A DNA stretch of 63,107 bases, filler included, from Reticulomyxa filosa (taxonomy: Eukaryota > Protista > Foraminifera): the NCBI GenBank assembly GCA_000512085.1. It is 20 parts of 20 records of this genome, joined end to end, with 100 filler letters (N's around TTAATTAATTAA, not from the genome) between each part and the next. Parts side by side here need not be neighbours in the genome. Positions count along the whole stretch, not along the records: positions 35,300 to 37,512 come from ASPP01028282.1; positions 37,613 to 39,806 come from ASPP01027070.1; positions 39,907 to 41,856 come from ASPP01027530.1; positions 41,957 to 43,281 come from ASPP01024821.1; positions 43,382 to 46,015 come from ASPP01006234.1; positions 46,116 to 47,538 come from ASPP01003380.1; positions 47,639 to 51,970 come from ASPP01033121.1; 13 more parts are not named here. The stretch is one strand, 5' to 3'. A program made the translations under genes and the position numbers. The notes under the pieces are model-generated. The model was not told the DNA's origin. It saw nothing but the letters and a program-made list of their open reading frames with translations, and did no database searches. Shown here one piece after another: positions 36,803-47,639 of the stretch. How positions within the stretch are numbered: position 1 is the first letter of the stretch; each line of letters starts with the position of its first letter.

Positions 36803-37512
36803 TTATCCACAAACACGAATTAGACCTTTACCTGAACCATAACATAAATGAACACCACAATCATTTTTTACTTTCTTTTTCAATGATATAAATTTAAGAC
36901 AGTTTATTCCATCGTCGTCATCTCCTTTAATCACATACAACTCATTCTTATTTGATCGAATATCCCAAAAACGAATTGTATTATCAAATGATCCAGAACA
37001 TATCACATTTGAATTACCAATCATATTTTTTGTTACAAATGGTGAATATTCAACAGCAGGCACCCAATTCGAATGTCCACTAAACACTTGAATCTGTTTA
37101 CCAGATCGAATATCCCACAAACGAACACTTCTATCAGATGATCCAGATAATATTGTATTCATTAATTCATTTGATCCATATTTTATACTCCTGACATAAT
37201 TCGTATGTCCTTTGAATATATTGGATTGTTTAGTTGTTTCAATATCCCATATTCGGATATTACAATATGATCCAGAACAAATCGTATATCCATTTCCACC
37301 AATCACACCAATATTATTCATTTTATCATTATTATTGTTTTGTAATGGTGAAATATCAACACACCAAACATAATTTTCATGTCCATTGAAAACATGTAAT
37401 GATTTTGATGTTTCAACATCCCATAAACGAGTTGTTTTGTCATCAGATCCAGAACACAAATATCTACCACCATTAAATGGTGAAAATTCAATTCCATTAA
37501 CATCATCAGTGT
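36803..37512 (-). CDS. WD40-repeat protein, 5'-partial
   Basis: Repeated GH...V..V.(F/Y)S...ICSGS.D.TIR.WD units. Confidence 0.92.
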
Positions 37513-37711
37513 NNNNNNNNNNNNNNNNNNNNNNNNNNNNNNNNNNNNNNNNNNNNTTAATTAATTAANNNNNNNNNNNNNNNNNNNNNNNNNNNNNNNN
37601 NNNNNNNNNNNNGACTCACAAGGTAAGTGTGAGATAAGGGAAGGCGGTGATGTAAAAAAAGTGGTCAATATATTGATGCAAATTTTCTGTTTTATGTCTA
37701 TCATTAGGTTG

Positions 37712-38912
37712 AGAAACGGTCGATTCCAACTGCAGACACACAAACAGTCGTCAATGAATATTCACAACTCCATGTCGCAAGGCGGTGTCAATGCTTATAT
37801 GGTGTCGTCGATGGAAATAGGATGGACCTATGTCGGACACGACTATGGTACAATGCCGACACAAAACCATTCGCAAAATGTTCAAACATGCGCTCAAGTG
37901 TATCTCCATGTTCACTTATGCCGTTGGTAATGATATGTTGCCTTATATGGCCGAGCTGGTCGAATGGATGTTCCACATGCAGCCTCTTGGCCCAACTGCT
38001 CAAGACACTGTCCGCCGTCTACACGCACAGCGCATGCGTCGTCATCCGGACAGTCTGTCAAGTATTGTGTGAATCGTCACCGTGCAGAATGCACATAGCA
38101 CTGTCATGAGATTTAGCAACATTTTGCGCAGTTGGTATGTGTTGTCGTCGTCTTCTGCCCACAAAGATGAAAAGACTACAGAATTGCCCCCTCAATTGCT
38201 CAGAGCCGGAGTCGTTGGAACCGAGCAGAAGCTCAATAGTTATTTTGTCATGTATTACAACATTGATGAGTATCTATTGAACGCGTCTGACTTGACGCAG
38301 TTGCTGAAAGCATCTGAACGAGTATTGGGACAGTCGTATTTGCCGTTTGTATCTCCGCATCAGCACGTGCAAAATGGTACATGCATGTACATGTATATAT
38401 AAAAATATAAATAATAGCAATATCTTTAAATCTTTTTTAAAAACAAAGGATTAGTCGCACGAGTCAGTGAAGACTCATTGTCTACCAGTCCCCATTAAAC
38501 TAGTCCAGCTTGTATCGCCACAACAACAAAGTATAGTCCATCACTACCACACGAACTGATAAAACTTGCGCTTCGCTCATTGGCCATATTCAACCTACCT
38601 GATGTCAACTGAACGTGCTGAATTTCATTCGCCAAACTGTGACAGTACCCCTCGAGGCGCAGTGACGTGCTCCAAGTTGCTGCTTCGCGTAGATTAAGCA
38701 GATGGAAACGGAGAAGCATATCTCAATGCGCAAATAAAAGAGCTAGTGCGATGACTATGAGCACGCCCGAGTACAAGAAGGCCATGATCTTGAATGAAGA
38801 AGATGACAAGAAGATGAAGGCAATGAAAGGTAAGTACAAGAACAATGATAATGACGCAGCCGTCGACAAAAAGAATAGCAAAGACAAAGTAGCCAAAAAA
38901 AAGCAAGTGTAA
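37712..38912 (+). CDS. Hypothetical protein, partial, with several frame breaks
   Basis: GC-richer coding-like segments (ORFs 37661-37930, 37830-38072, 38082-38402, 38667-38912) and an intron at about 38378-38449. No motif recognised. Confidence 0.4.
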
Positions 38913-39906
38913 ATACAAATACAAATGTCAATGCTAATGCCAATGGAGAGGAAAACAGTAACAAAAATAAAGAGGAAATGTGGTGATATTTTTTCACTTT
39001 TCCCTTCAATCATTGGTCTCTACAAATTCTGTTATCGTACAATCTTCGTTTTCTTTTTCGTTCATATTTTCCTGCACCTTTTGCAAAAAACAATAAACTC
39101 TACTCGCAATATTTCTTTCTACCAGATGCCTCTGGTGGATCTCCACAAACACCAGGCTATTCTAATCAACGACTGTGTGGAGTGACTGCTGTCCATTGCA
39201 ATGAACGACCGATAATCAATCATAAACGCACAGCCACCTCAGGATTTTTTTGTATTTTTTGACAGTTGCTTTCGACAGAAAGTCATTGTTAATTTTGGCC
39301 ATCGTATTAAAAATTTCTAAATTAAAGTCTTCAATTAGTTTATTTAATTATCGTTTTTGGGTGCGGTTCATCCATCATGGAATCCAGTCAAGTATTCAAT
39401 GTCTTCGTTATCGGCAGCCAAACGAATCAATTCTATTTATTTATGTTATGTATTTGTTGAATCGATTTGATTTAGACATTGGCCATCAACGACGCTGCAA
39501 CGGACAAGACCAGTTGGGCATTGTCTTTAACTTGATGAACCCCAAGCCGTCATAATGCCACGCGTGACAGGCAGCTAAAGATATCGATCTCGAAAAACGC
39601 TTGTCTCTCTGCCCATCAAATTTTGCAGATATTGAAGGATTTCTGGATCGTGCGGGGCGCCATGTTTGTCATCGCCCTTGCACAGTTCAGCCAAATCAAA
39701 CGTCATCACTTTGTTGTATCCGCCGATCGGAGCATGGTCTACTAATTTCGATAGCGTTGTTTTTCGAGTATGAGACATCGCTTTTAATGTTAGCTTTGTT
39801 TTTTTTNNNNNNNNNNNNNNNNNNNNNNNNNNNNNNNNNNNNNNNNNNNNTTAATTAATTAANNNNNNNNNNNNNNNNNNNNNNNNNNNNNNNNNNNNNN
39901 NNNNNN

Positions 39907-41856
39907 AAAAGATAAAAAAAAGAGACAAAATGGAAAGAGAAGAAAAAAAGTGTAAGTTGTTGAAAATGCTCCTCATGAAAATCGAGCAAATTACAAAAAA
40001 GAGAGAATCGTTCAATACAAGTGGTCCATTTCGTGGAGGAATTTTGCGAAACTCCGTCAAGGTATCGTCAAGCAAGAAGACGAACAGTGTGATGACGATG
40101 AATAGAAGAAGATAACGCAGAAGCAACATCGAGTTGTTTTTAAAAAGAAATAGTCGTCTGGCTTTGCTGATTTTGAGCTTTAAAGATATTGTCAATTATA
40201 TATCCAAAGTCGCCACTCGCGGGCGTGGACTTTACATAGCGCGCATCAATGAAAGATCCAGAACTAGCGTTGCAACCGAAACGTTTGAAAAAATTATCCC
40301 CAATCAATATCGGCGTATACAAGTATCCTCGAACAATTGTTGGTGTTGCGAAGATCAAAAACGACGTTGAATTGAGATCTACTGGCGACAAAAAACAATC
40401 AAAACTTGTCGTGGAAATCGTGCAAAGTGGTGGAGTAGTTTTAAGCGAAACTTAGTCAATACACTGGATAGAAGGAGATGAAGATTATGAATAGTATATT
40501 TAAAAAAAAGACCGAAGTTAAATATTGTTGGATTTGTTTAAAAAAAACAACAACATATCAGGCAGCTTTTTGAGCTGGGAGATGGAAATTACCTTTTATA
40601 TATGGAAACGCGCAAAGCCTCCAATATCATACATGAAATAACTTCACATACGTGCTCCAGTGAAAGCGCAGAACGAGTGTAGAAATTTATATCGTTTGCA
40701 ACCCGAAGTATTGGAAAGAAGTCAGTCGCCGTCAAAGTCAGCACACAAGTATATGAAAATAATTGTAGACTCGCAAATCGCCAAAGAGTGCGCCCAACAT
40801 TGATCTGCCTGCGCCAAAAGCAAGTGAAGCTCAATCGTTATGGAAATTGCACTAATTTTATAAGAAAAAAAACAATAGAAACAGGTAGTATGCGTGCGAA
40901 CATTCGCAATTTTGAAGTTTGGATCGTGCATATGCCGATAGAAGAAGTGAATGCGCCAAGAATGAAAAAAAATAATAAGAATGATACCCAATCAATATCA
41001 TATCGTCAATTGCAATGTTGGATATACTGGAAAATCCGCTCAAACTATATACTTGATGATATCATCGCTCTTGCAATAAGAGACAAAGTCTATAAGCTCT
41101 AATGGATAAGATATTCACAGTTCAATCCGGACGATGGAGCTCTTGGCCGCCAAAAGCGAAAGCAAGCTTATCAAGAATAAAAAAAAGAAAGAAAATAATG
41201 CGCGCAAAGTAGAGGTGATACCGACGTTGTGGTGTCGCAAAGGTGGTAGAGAAAAAGTAGGAAAAAAGTGGAAGGCGATTAAGTTGCTAAAAAATGTCCA
41301 CTCTCACGATCGAGAAAACACCACATCGAGAGAATCGTTCCATGTGAGAGTGTTCAATTTAGTCACGGAGTTGGCGCGAAAGTCTGTCAATACATAGCAA
41401 GCAAGAAGAAAAGATGATTGGTATGATGCGATGAAAAACATTGAAATCATCGCGCTGGATCTTAAAAAAAAAAAGAAAAATTTTGCCAGATTTGCTGAGT
41501 TTGGTTATTAGTCCTTCACGCACGCGAGTGGCGACTTTACGTTTCTGGACATGGTCGAACTGCAATCTATCAGCTCCAATGAACAAGGTTGTTATAGAAA
41601 TAGAACTGTTCGTGTCTAGACTGGTTGTGTGCGTGCGCATATTCGCAGCTTTTGGTTTTGAATCGTGTGTGCTGCTGATGGAAGAAATGGTGATCTCGCG
41701 AGTGGCATAAGTATTAATGATCGAAGAAAAGGCAGAGAGATGGCTGTTCGCATTTTCTGACTCCATCACCGTAAGAGGCTCTTGCGTTGCATTATTCGGC
41801 AAAAGATAATCGGCGCTTGTCCGGAAGTCTCTGGAATCGAATGAATGACGTGTTGG
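39907..41856 (+). repeat. Degenerate repeated units of a decayed coding family ('VRAHIR..FWIVH' motif)
   Basis: Motif copies near 40890 and 41630. Colinear similarity to 47640-51150 on the opposite strand. Broken reading frames. Confidence 0.65.
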
Positions 41857-41956
41857 NNNNNNNNNNNNNNNNNNNNNNNNNNNNNNNNNNNNNNNNNNNN
41901 TTAATTAATTAANNNNNNNNNNNNNNNNNNNNNNNNNNNNNNNNNNNNNNNNNNNN

Positions 41957-42082
41957 ACATCGTGTGACAAACAACATACATCGTATGATAAACAATTCAC
42001 ATCGTATGACGGACAGCATACATCGTATGACAAACAATTCACATCGTGTGACAAGCAGCATACATCGTATGACAAACAACCA
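41957..42082 (+). repeat. Coding minisatellite, 6 x 21 bp (TS[YC]D[KG]Q[HFP])
   Basis: ACATCGT(A/G)TGA.... units in frame with the TLDc ORF. Confidence 0.9.
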
Positions 42083-43281
42083 AATCTTGATTTCAAGGCC
42101 GTTATTACTAGTTCTCCTGCATGTACAGAACAAATAGAAAAAATGAAACAAGAGCTCTTTAGAATATCTTTGGAACAAAATCGTATGAATGCGCTTATTG
42201 AAAATTTAGACTGCAACAAAAAAAGGGCTTTACAAGATATTGAAAATTTCTTTGATGAGATTAAGCAATTACTACAAATACAAAAGCGGGCTGCGTTGTA
42301 CAATGTAACTCATTATACAAACGAAAAGAAGAACGAGCTTACGAACTATTTGAAATACTTGCAAGAATGTTCGACACGAATGAACGATTATATCAATGAA
42401 CTTATATTTTGGGATAGCAATAAACCCAGAGTGGATGGGCTTACAATACCATTTTGCTCCAATTCGCTCCAATTGGATCAAGCAATGTATGATTATGATA
42501 CATCGGTTATCCTTGGATTAAATAACGACAAGGACAACATTTCCTGCAGTCTTCAACAAATACTTAACCAAAAACTGGTTATTGTCGAACAGGGGTCTAT
42601 CAAAGTGGAAGACATTATTATTCAAAGAAATGATACTGATAATCCAATGGCTTTAGTGTATTGGTGCGTGGATGGTCTAACTATAGACGATCGTTCTTCT
42701 TTTGAATTGGAAGTATCTTCATGCAATGAAAATGATAACAATGACAAATGGTACATAAGTGCTATGTCTCCGGGAGCAAATACACGTGGTGTCATTATAA
42801 TTAATGATGAAAAAGAAAATAAACTCAAGTGGGGGAATAAATATATTATACGAATGAAATTCCACCGCTTTAAGATTTCTCAAACTCCCTTTTCAGAGAA
42901 TTATTTTGTATATCTTACTGATAATTTTATTGATTCCAATATTATTAACGCTAAAGAAATAAAGGCTTTGGAATCGTTACTGCCACAAAACTACAGTAAA
43001 GTGAAATTATTATACCGTGGGAGTGAATATAATTTTGATGCAAAAGCATTTCGTAATAAATGCAATGGAAAAGAACAAACAATTGTCATTGTGTTATCTG
43101 AACTTAATTATGTTTTTGGTGGGTACACGGGCATACAATGGTACGGTCGTAAGACAGAACGAATGCTTACATTTGATCCCCATTCATTTTTATATTTGTT
43201 GAGGAGAGACAATAACAGCATTTGTCAAAAGTTCCCAATCAAAGAGGAACATGCAAGCAAGACAATTTCTGGGGGTAGATG
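41957..43281 (+). CDS. Coiled-coil / FN3-like / TLDc-domain protein, partial at both ends
   Basis: Open frame from the contig start. B-box C-terminal-like coiled coil. TLDc motif KLLYRGSEYNFDAKAFRNKCNGKEQTIVIVLSELNYVFGGYTGIQW. Confidence 0.85.
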
Positions 43282-43469
43282 NNNNNNNNNNNNNNNNNNN
43301 NNNNNNNNNNNNNNNNNNNNNNNNNTTAATTAATTAANNNNNNNNNNNNNNNNNNNNNNNNNNNNNNNNNNNNNNNNNNNNTTTACGAATTTTAAGATTT
43401 TGATAAAGTTGGAAAAAAAAAAAAATTATATACACATATATATGTATATGCATATATACATACATACAT

Positions 43470-45140
43470 ACCAGCATTATTTTTTTGAACCATCATTGGC
43501 GAAAAACGGCGCGCAGGTCTGTCAGTTGGGAACTTTCGGTTGAACAAGCTTCCACTGGACGCATATCCTCTTGAAAACTTGAGCATAGGCGAGTTGAAAG
43601 AGCGTTCAGCATTGGCAGTAGTGGAGCCTGCTGGGACAGCATTGGCATTGTTGGAACTACCAGTATTGGTAGAGGGCTTGACGACATTGGTGTCTTTGAT
43701 AGTATCGTCGAGGATAAGCGAGAAGTCATCGGCGTCATCGGTAGTGGCTCCATTTTTTTGCAAAGGGGTGGTTGGCGCAGTAATGACGTAGTTGAGACTG
43801 GAAGTGTTGGCGATGGGAACACCACTTTCGGTATTGTGATGACGATGAGGGGGAAGAGTTTGAGTGGATAAAGAGATGATATTGTTATTGGTATAATGAT
43901 AATTCTGAAGTTGGATGCGATGAGCTAAAACAAAGACGCTCATGACATCAACATCATGAGGTCGGACGAAATTGACTCGACTGATAATCTGATCCGTCTT
44001 ATTTGTCGACTGACGCAATAACAAATACTCTGGCGTGACGCGACTCAAGAAAGCCTTTAGTTGACTCACAATTCGCAATACGTCATAGCTCCTCACACTG
44101 CAACCTTTGTATACGGACGGATGCATGCGTAGACTGATTATGATATCGCGCATGTACTGCTCTACGCTATTGTCGACGTATACGTTTTTCACGTGCTGGT
44201 ACAGCATTTGGATCCATTCATGGTGCGACTTAAAGTACAGGTAGGGAGTAAAAGACGGAGAGAGATGAGAAGCAGAAGAAGGGGGATGAGAAGGATGAGG
44301 ATGAGAAAGAGAAGAAGGAGGAAGAGGTGACTTGGAATCATATTTCAAGGGTGCCTTTGTGAGATGAGATTCCATCTCCATTTTCTTTTGTTTGTGTGCG
44401 TGACGATATCTCAATTTGATGTTTTGCTCGATTTGCGCTTTGGAGGAATGAATCCTTCGAATGGTTGCATGCAACTTTGCATACTCGCGCAGCTGCTTCC
44501 ATTGCTTGTGATCCAGTACATGGTCTATGACAAACATGTCATTCAATAAATGATTGCTATAAAAAGGAGCGTCGATCGATTTGGTGCAAATGATCATTTG
44601 ATCGTTGGTAGTGATCATGTAATACTTGCCACTCCCGTCCATCCTCGGAATCTTTTTCACGCGCATCAATTGCATTAGCACTTTTTGCATTGATACGGAT
44701 AACAAGTGAATGTTATGAAATATCACCACGTCACATCGAAGCAATTCAAACTTACTCTTATCAAACTTTTCTTTGTTTGTTTTTCAGTATTATTTTTTGT
44801 TGTTATTGTTTGGTCAATGTATTGAATATCATTAGTTGTTCGTTTAGAAAGGAAAAAGGAAAAAGGAAAATCACCTGAGGCTTCTTTGACGGCAGTGGAG
44901 TGGTGGGAATGAATGGACTTGGAATTGGAGTTGATCGGACTAATGGAAGCTTCGCCATTCCATTTGTATTCGTGTGGCAATGACTGCGCCCGCAACAGCT
45001 GCTTTCCTCCTCCCATTTTGGGCGACAACTCAGCTACCGGAATTGTATTTTTGGTGGCAGAGCTATTTTGAAGAGACAATACTATATTGTCGTTGTTGTT
45101 ATTATTTGCTTTAATGTTGTTACTATTATTGATATTGTTA

Positions 45141-45187
<47 letters not shown>

Positions 45188-45326
45188 GTTGTTGTTATTA
45201 TTGCTATTGTTAACATTGTTGTTAATATTATTGGTGTTGTTACTGTTATTGCCGCTGTTGGCATTATTACTATTATTATTGTTATTATTATTAGTATTAT
45301 TGTTATTATTATTGTTATTATTGTTA

Positions 45327-45358
<32 letters not shown>

Positions 45359-45960
45359 GTTGTTGTCGAGATCACTATGCGTAGTAAGGATAACAGTGGG
45401 GTCATCGTCTTCCTTTTCTTTGCTCCCTTGGCTCGGATCAATACTGGTACTCTTCAAGTTGGTTTCGCTGATTGCCAAAAGTGGAATGTATTCCCTGCCG
45501 TGTCGAATGTCTTTTTCGTGCATTCTTGCATCATTCTGCTCGCTCGAGTGTTCCTCTTCGTTATCAACGTCGGGGTCGAACTTTCGTTCGCTGACGTTCA
45601 ACGACTGCAGCACGTCGTTGTAGTCGTTATAGTTTGAAGCGTGAGCATGCGACAGAGGATGGGATTGGCCGGAGACAGGATAATACGTGTGATGATGTGG
45701 ATATGAGTGAGTGGATTGAACATTGGCATTGACATTGGAAGCATTGGCAAGATTGTGGAGTTTGGATTGGCTAAAGGCTTTTTTCTTGTTGATAGGTGGA
45801 TCAATATCAATGGGTTTTAAAATGACACAAACACTCGAAGGAGGACTCGGTGGGATCAGTGATCTGCGATGACTTTCTATTCTGTCCTTCATCATTTTCA
45901 CACCACGTCTATTGCTGCTGTATTCAGCTCCAATTTCTTCTTCTTCTTCGTTGTCGTTAT
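43470..45960 (-). CDS. Protein with a degenerate MoxR/chelatase-clade AAA+ module (AAA lid; Mtc2-like) and a poly-Asn tract, partial
   Basis: DVVIFHNIHLLSVSMQKVLMQLM (Walker-B-like without DE), VKNVYVDNSVEQYMRDIIISLRMHP, GCSVRS and FVRPHDV...VLAHRI. Intron at about 44875-44771. Confidence 0.65.
45087..45365 (-). repeat. (AAT/AAC)n microsatellite encoding poly-Asn
   Basis: Long imperfect TTA/TTG trinucleotide run inside an exon. Confidence 0.95.
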
Positions 45961-46115
45961 CATTACCATTATCTCTCCGTCCCCCTTCTTCTTCTTCTTC
46001 TTCTTCTTCTTCTTCNNNNNNNNNNNNNNNNNNNNNNNNNNNNNNNNNNNNNNNNNNNNTTAATTAATTAANNNNNNNNNNNNNNNNNNNNNNNNNNNNN
46101 NNNNNNNNNNNNNNN

Positions 46116-46984
46116 TTCCATTTTCCATTCAATAACATACACACTCTTCTTGGAATATCAACCCTTATTTTATATCTATTTAAAATGATTGGTTATATCA
46201 TTTGTTTTATTAACAATAACAATATAAACACATATAAAAATACATTGGTTGTAGATTAATCACTGATTGATAAAATCTCCACAAATGTAATAATTGAATA
46301 TGATGGTATTGATAATACCAATTATTATCTTTTTTTTTTTTGAATCCAATTTTTTGTAAATCTGCTTCAATACCTATAAGTACTTGCTCAAAATCTGCAC
46401 CTAATGTATGACATTTCTGAAATAAATAGTTGTATAAAGCTTGTTTGTGAATTTGACGATATTTGATATGTTTAGGATATTTCAAAATATTCCACAAAAT
46501 ATGCAAACACATTTCTCGAATTATTTTTAATTCATTTTCTCCTTGAAACCTATTATTTTGTAAATAATTTTTTTCTTTATTTTACATTTATATTTTATAC
46601 TTCATTCAAATTTAACCCATGCAGATTGGAAGTTGCGCATATTTCTCTTAATTTCTCTTGTGTATCAACATAAATTTCATTGCAATTTCTCCATATTTTC
46701 AAAATAGTTGTTTTGCTATCTTATCATCAAATTTTTCTAATAAATTCATCAAATACAGTTGTTGTTGGGAAGTTGTGCTATAATTAATGTGTATTATTAA
46801 AATTAGTTTTAAAAAAAGATATTTGAACAAGTTTGTTGTCAAATGCGTTTGTATGACTTAACGTATTCTCTGCGATGAACGTCAAGATAATTGTTGCTTT
46901 CTCCAAGTCTCTCTTACACAAGTCCCATGCCTTTGAGATAATTTCTTCTCCAATTTTTCTGTATGATTGTTGGAGTCGCTCCAT
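46116..46984 (-). CDS. 5' part of a CUE-like / PUB-domain gene, paralog of 4959-6730 (possibly degenerate)
   Basis: MERLQQSYRKIGEEIISKAW...IAENT, YLMNLLEKF, PUB-like LWNILKYPKHIKYRQI...IGF and YKIRVDIPRRVCMLLNGKW are colinear with the contig-2 ART gene exons. Confidence 0.7.
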
Positions 46985-47639
46985 TTGAGATAGAGAACTT
47001 ACTTAAGATAAAAAAAAATAAAGTGAAGAATCTTGAACTTATTGACACACAAAAAAAATTTCAAAACTTTCTTTAATTTGTTGACATGTATAATTCCTCG
47101 TTCATGATGAAAACGACTTAATTATTTTATTGGTACTTGCCAAAGAAATAACTGAATTATTTTTATTGACTGCAAATATCAATTAGACGAAATTGTTAAA
47201 GAAAACATTCATCGCATTTTTGTTTTAATGAATTTCGAGTTTGCTTTTGTTTGAATAATTTGTTGCTACGTAAAACGCTTTTTTATTTTTTTGTTTTTTT
47301 CAAAAGGGTTATGTCACGTCAGTTTCTTAAAAAAATTCAGCAACATTAACAAAAAGATAAAGCCAATATATTATCACTCCACTTAAAGAATCTCAATGTA
47401 TACTATACAACATGACATTTTTGTTTGTGGAAGTTTGTATCAAAGAAAATGTTATACAATAAAATTTATCTTTGAGCATCCAAGTGATATCATAGTAGAA
47501 GGACTGTACAGTAGATAACAGCAAAAACCGTAATGGAANNNNNNNNNNNNNNNNNNNNNNNNNNNNNNNNNNNNNNNNNNNNTTAATTAATTAANNNNNN
47601 NNNNNNNNNNNNNNNNNNNNNNNNNNNNNNNNNNNNNNT

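Noticed and set aside
38990-39790. Possible minus-strand gene converging on 37712-38912
   Set aside because: Only short fragments with several frame breaks and no recognisable motif.
41957-42082. 21-bp repeats as a CRISPR array
   Set aside because: Contiguous tandem units with no unique spacers, in frame within a eukaryotic CDS.
45068-45637. Poly-Ile and poly-Leu ORFs on the plus strand
   Set aside because: Antisense or alternative-frame shadows of the poly-Asn microsatellite.
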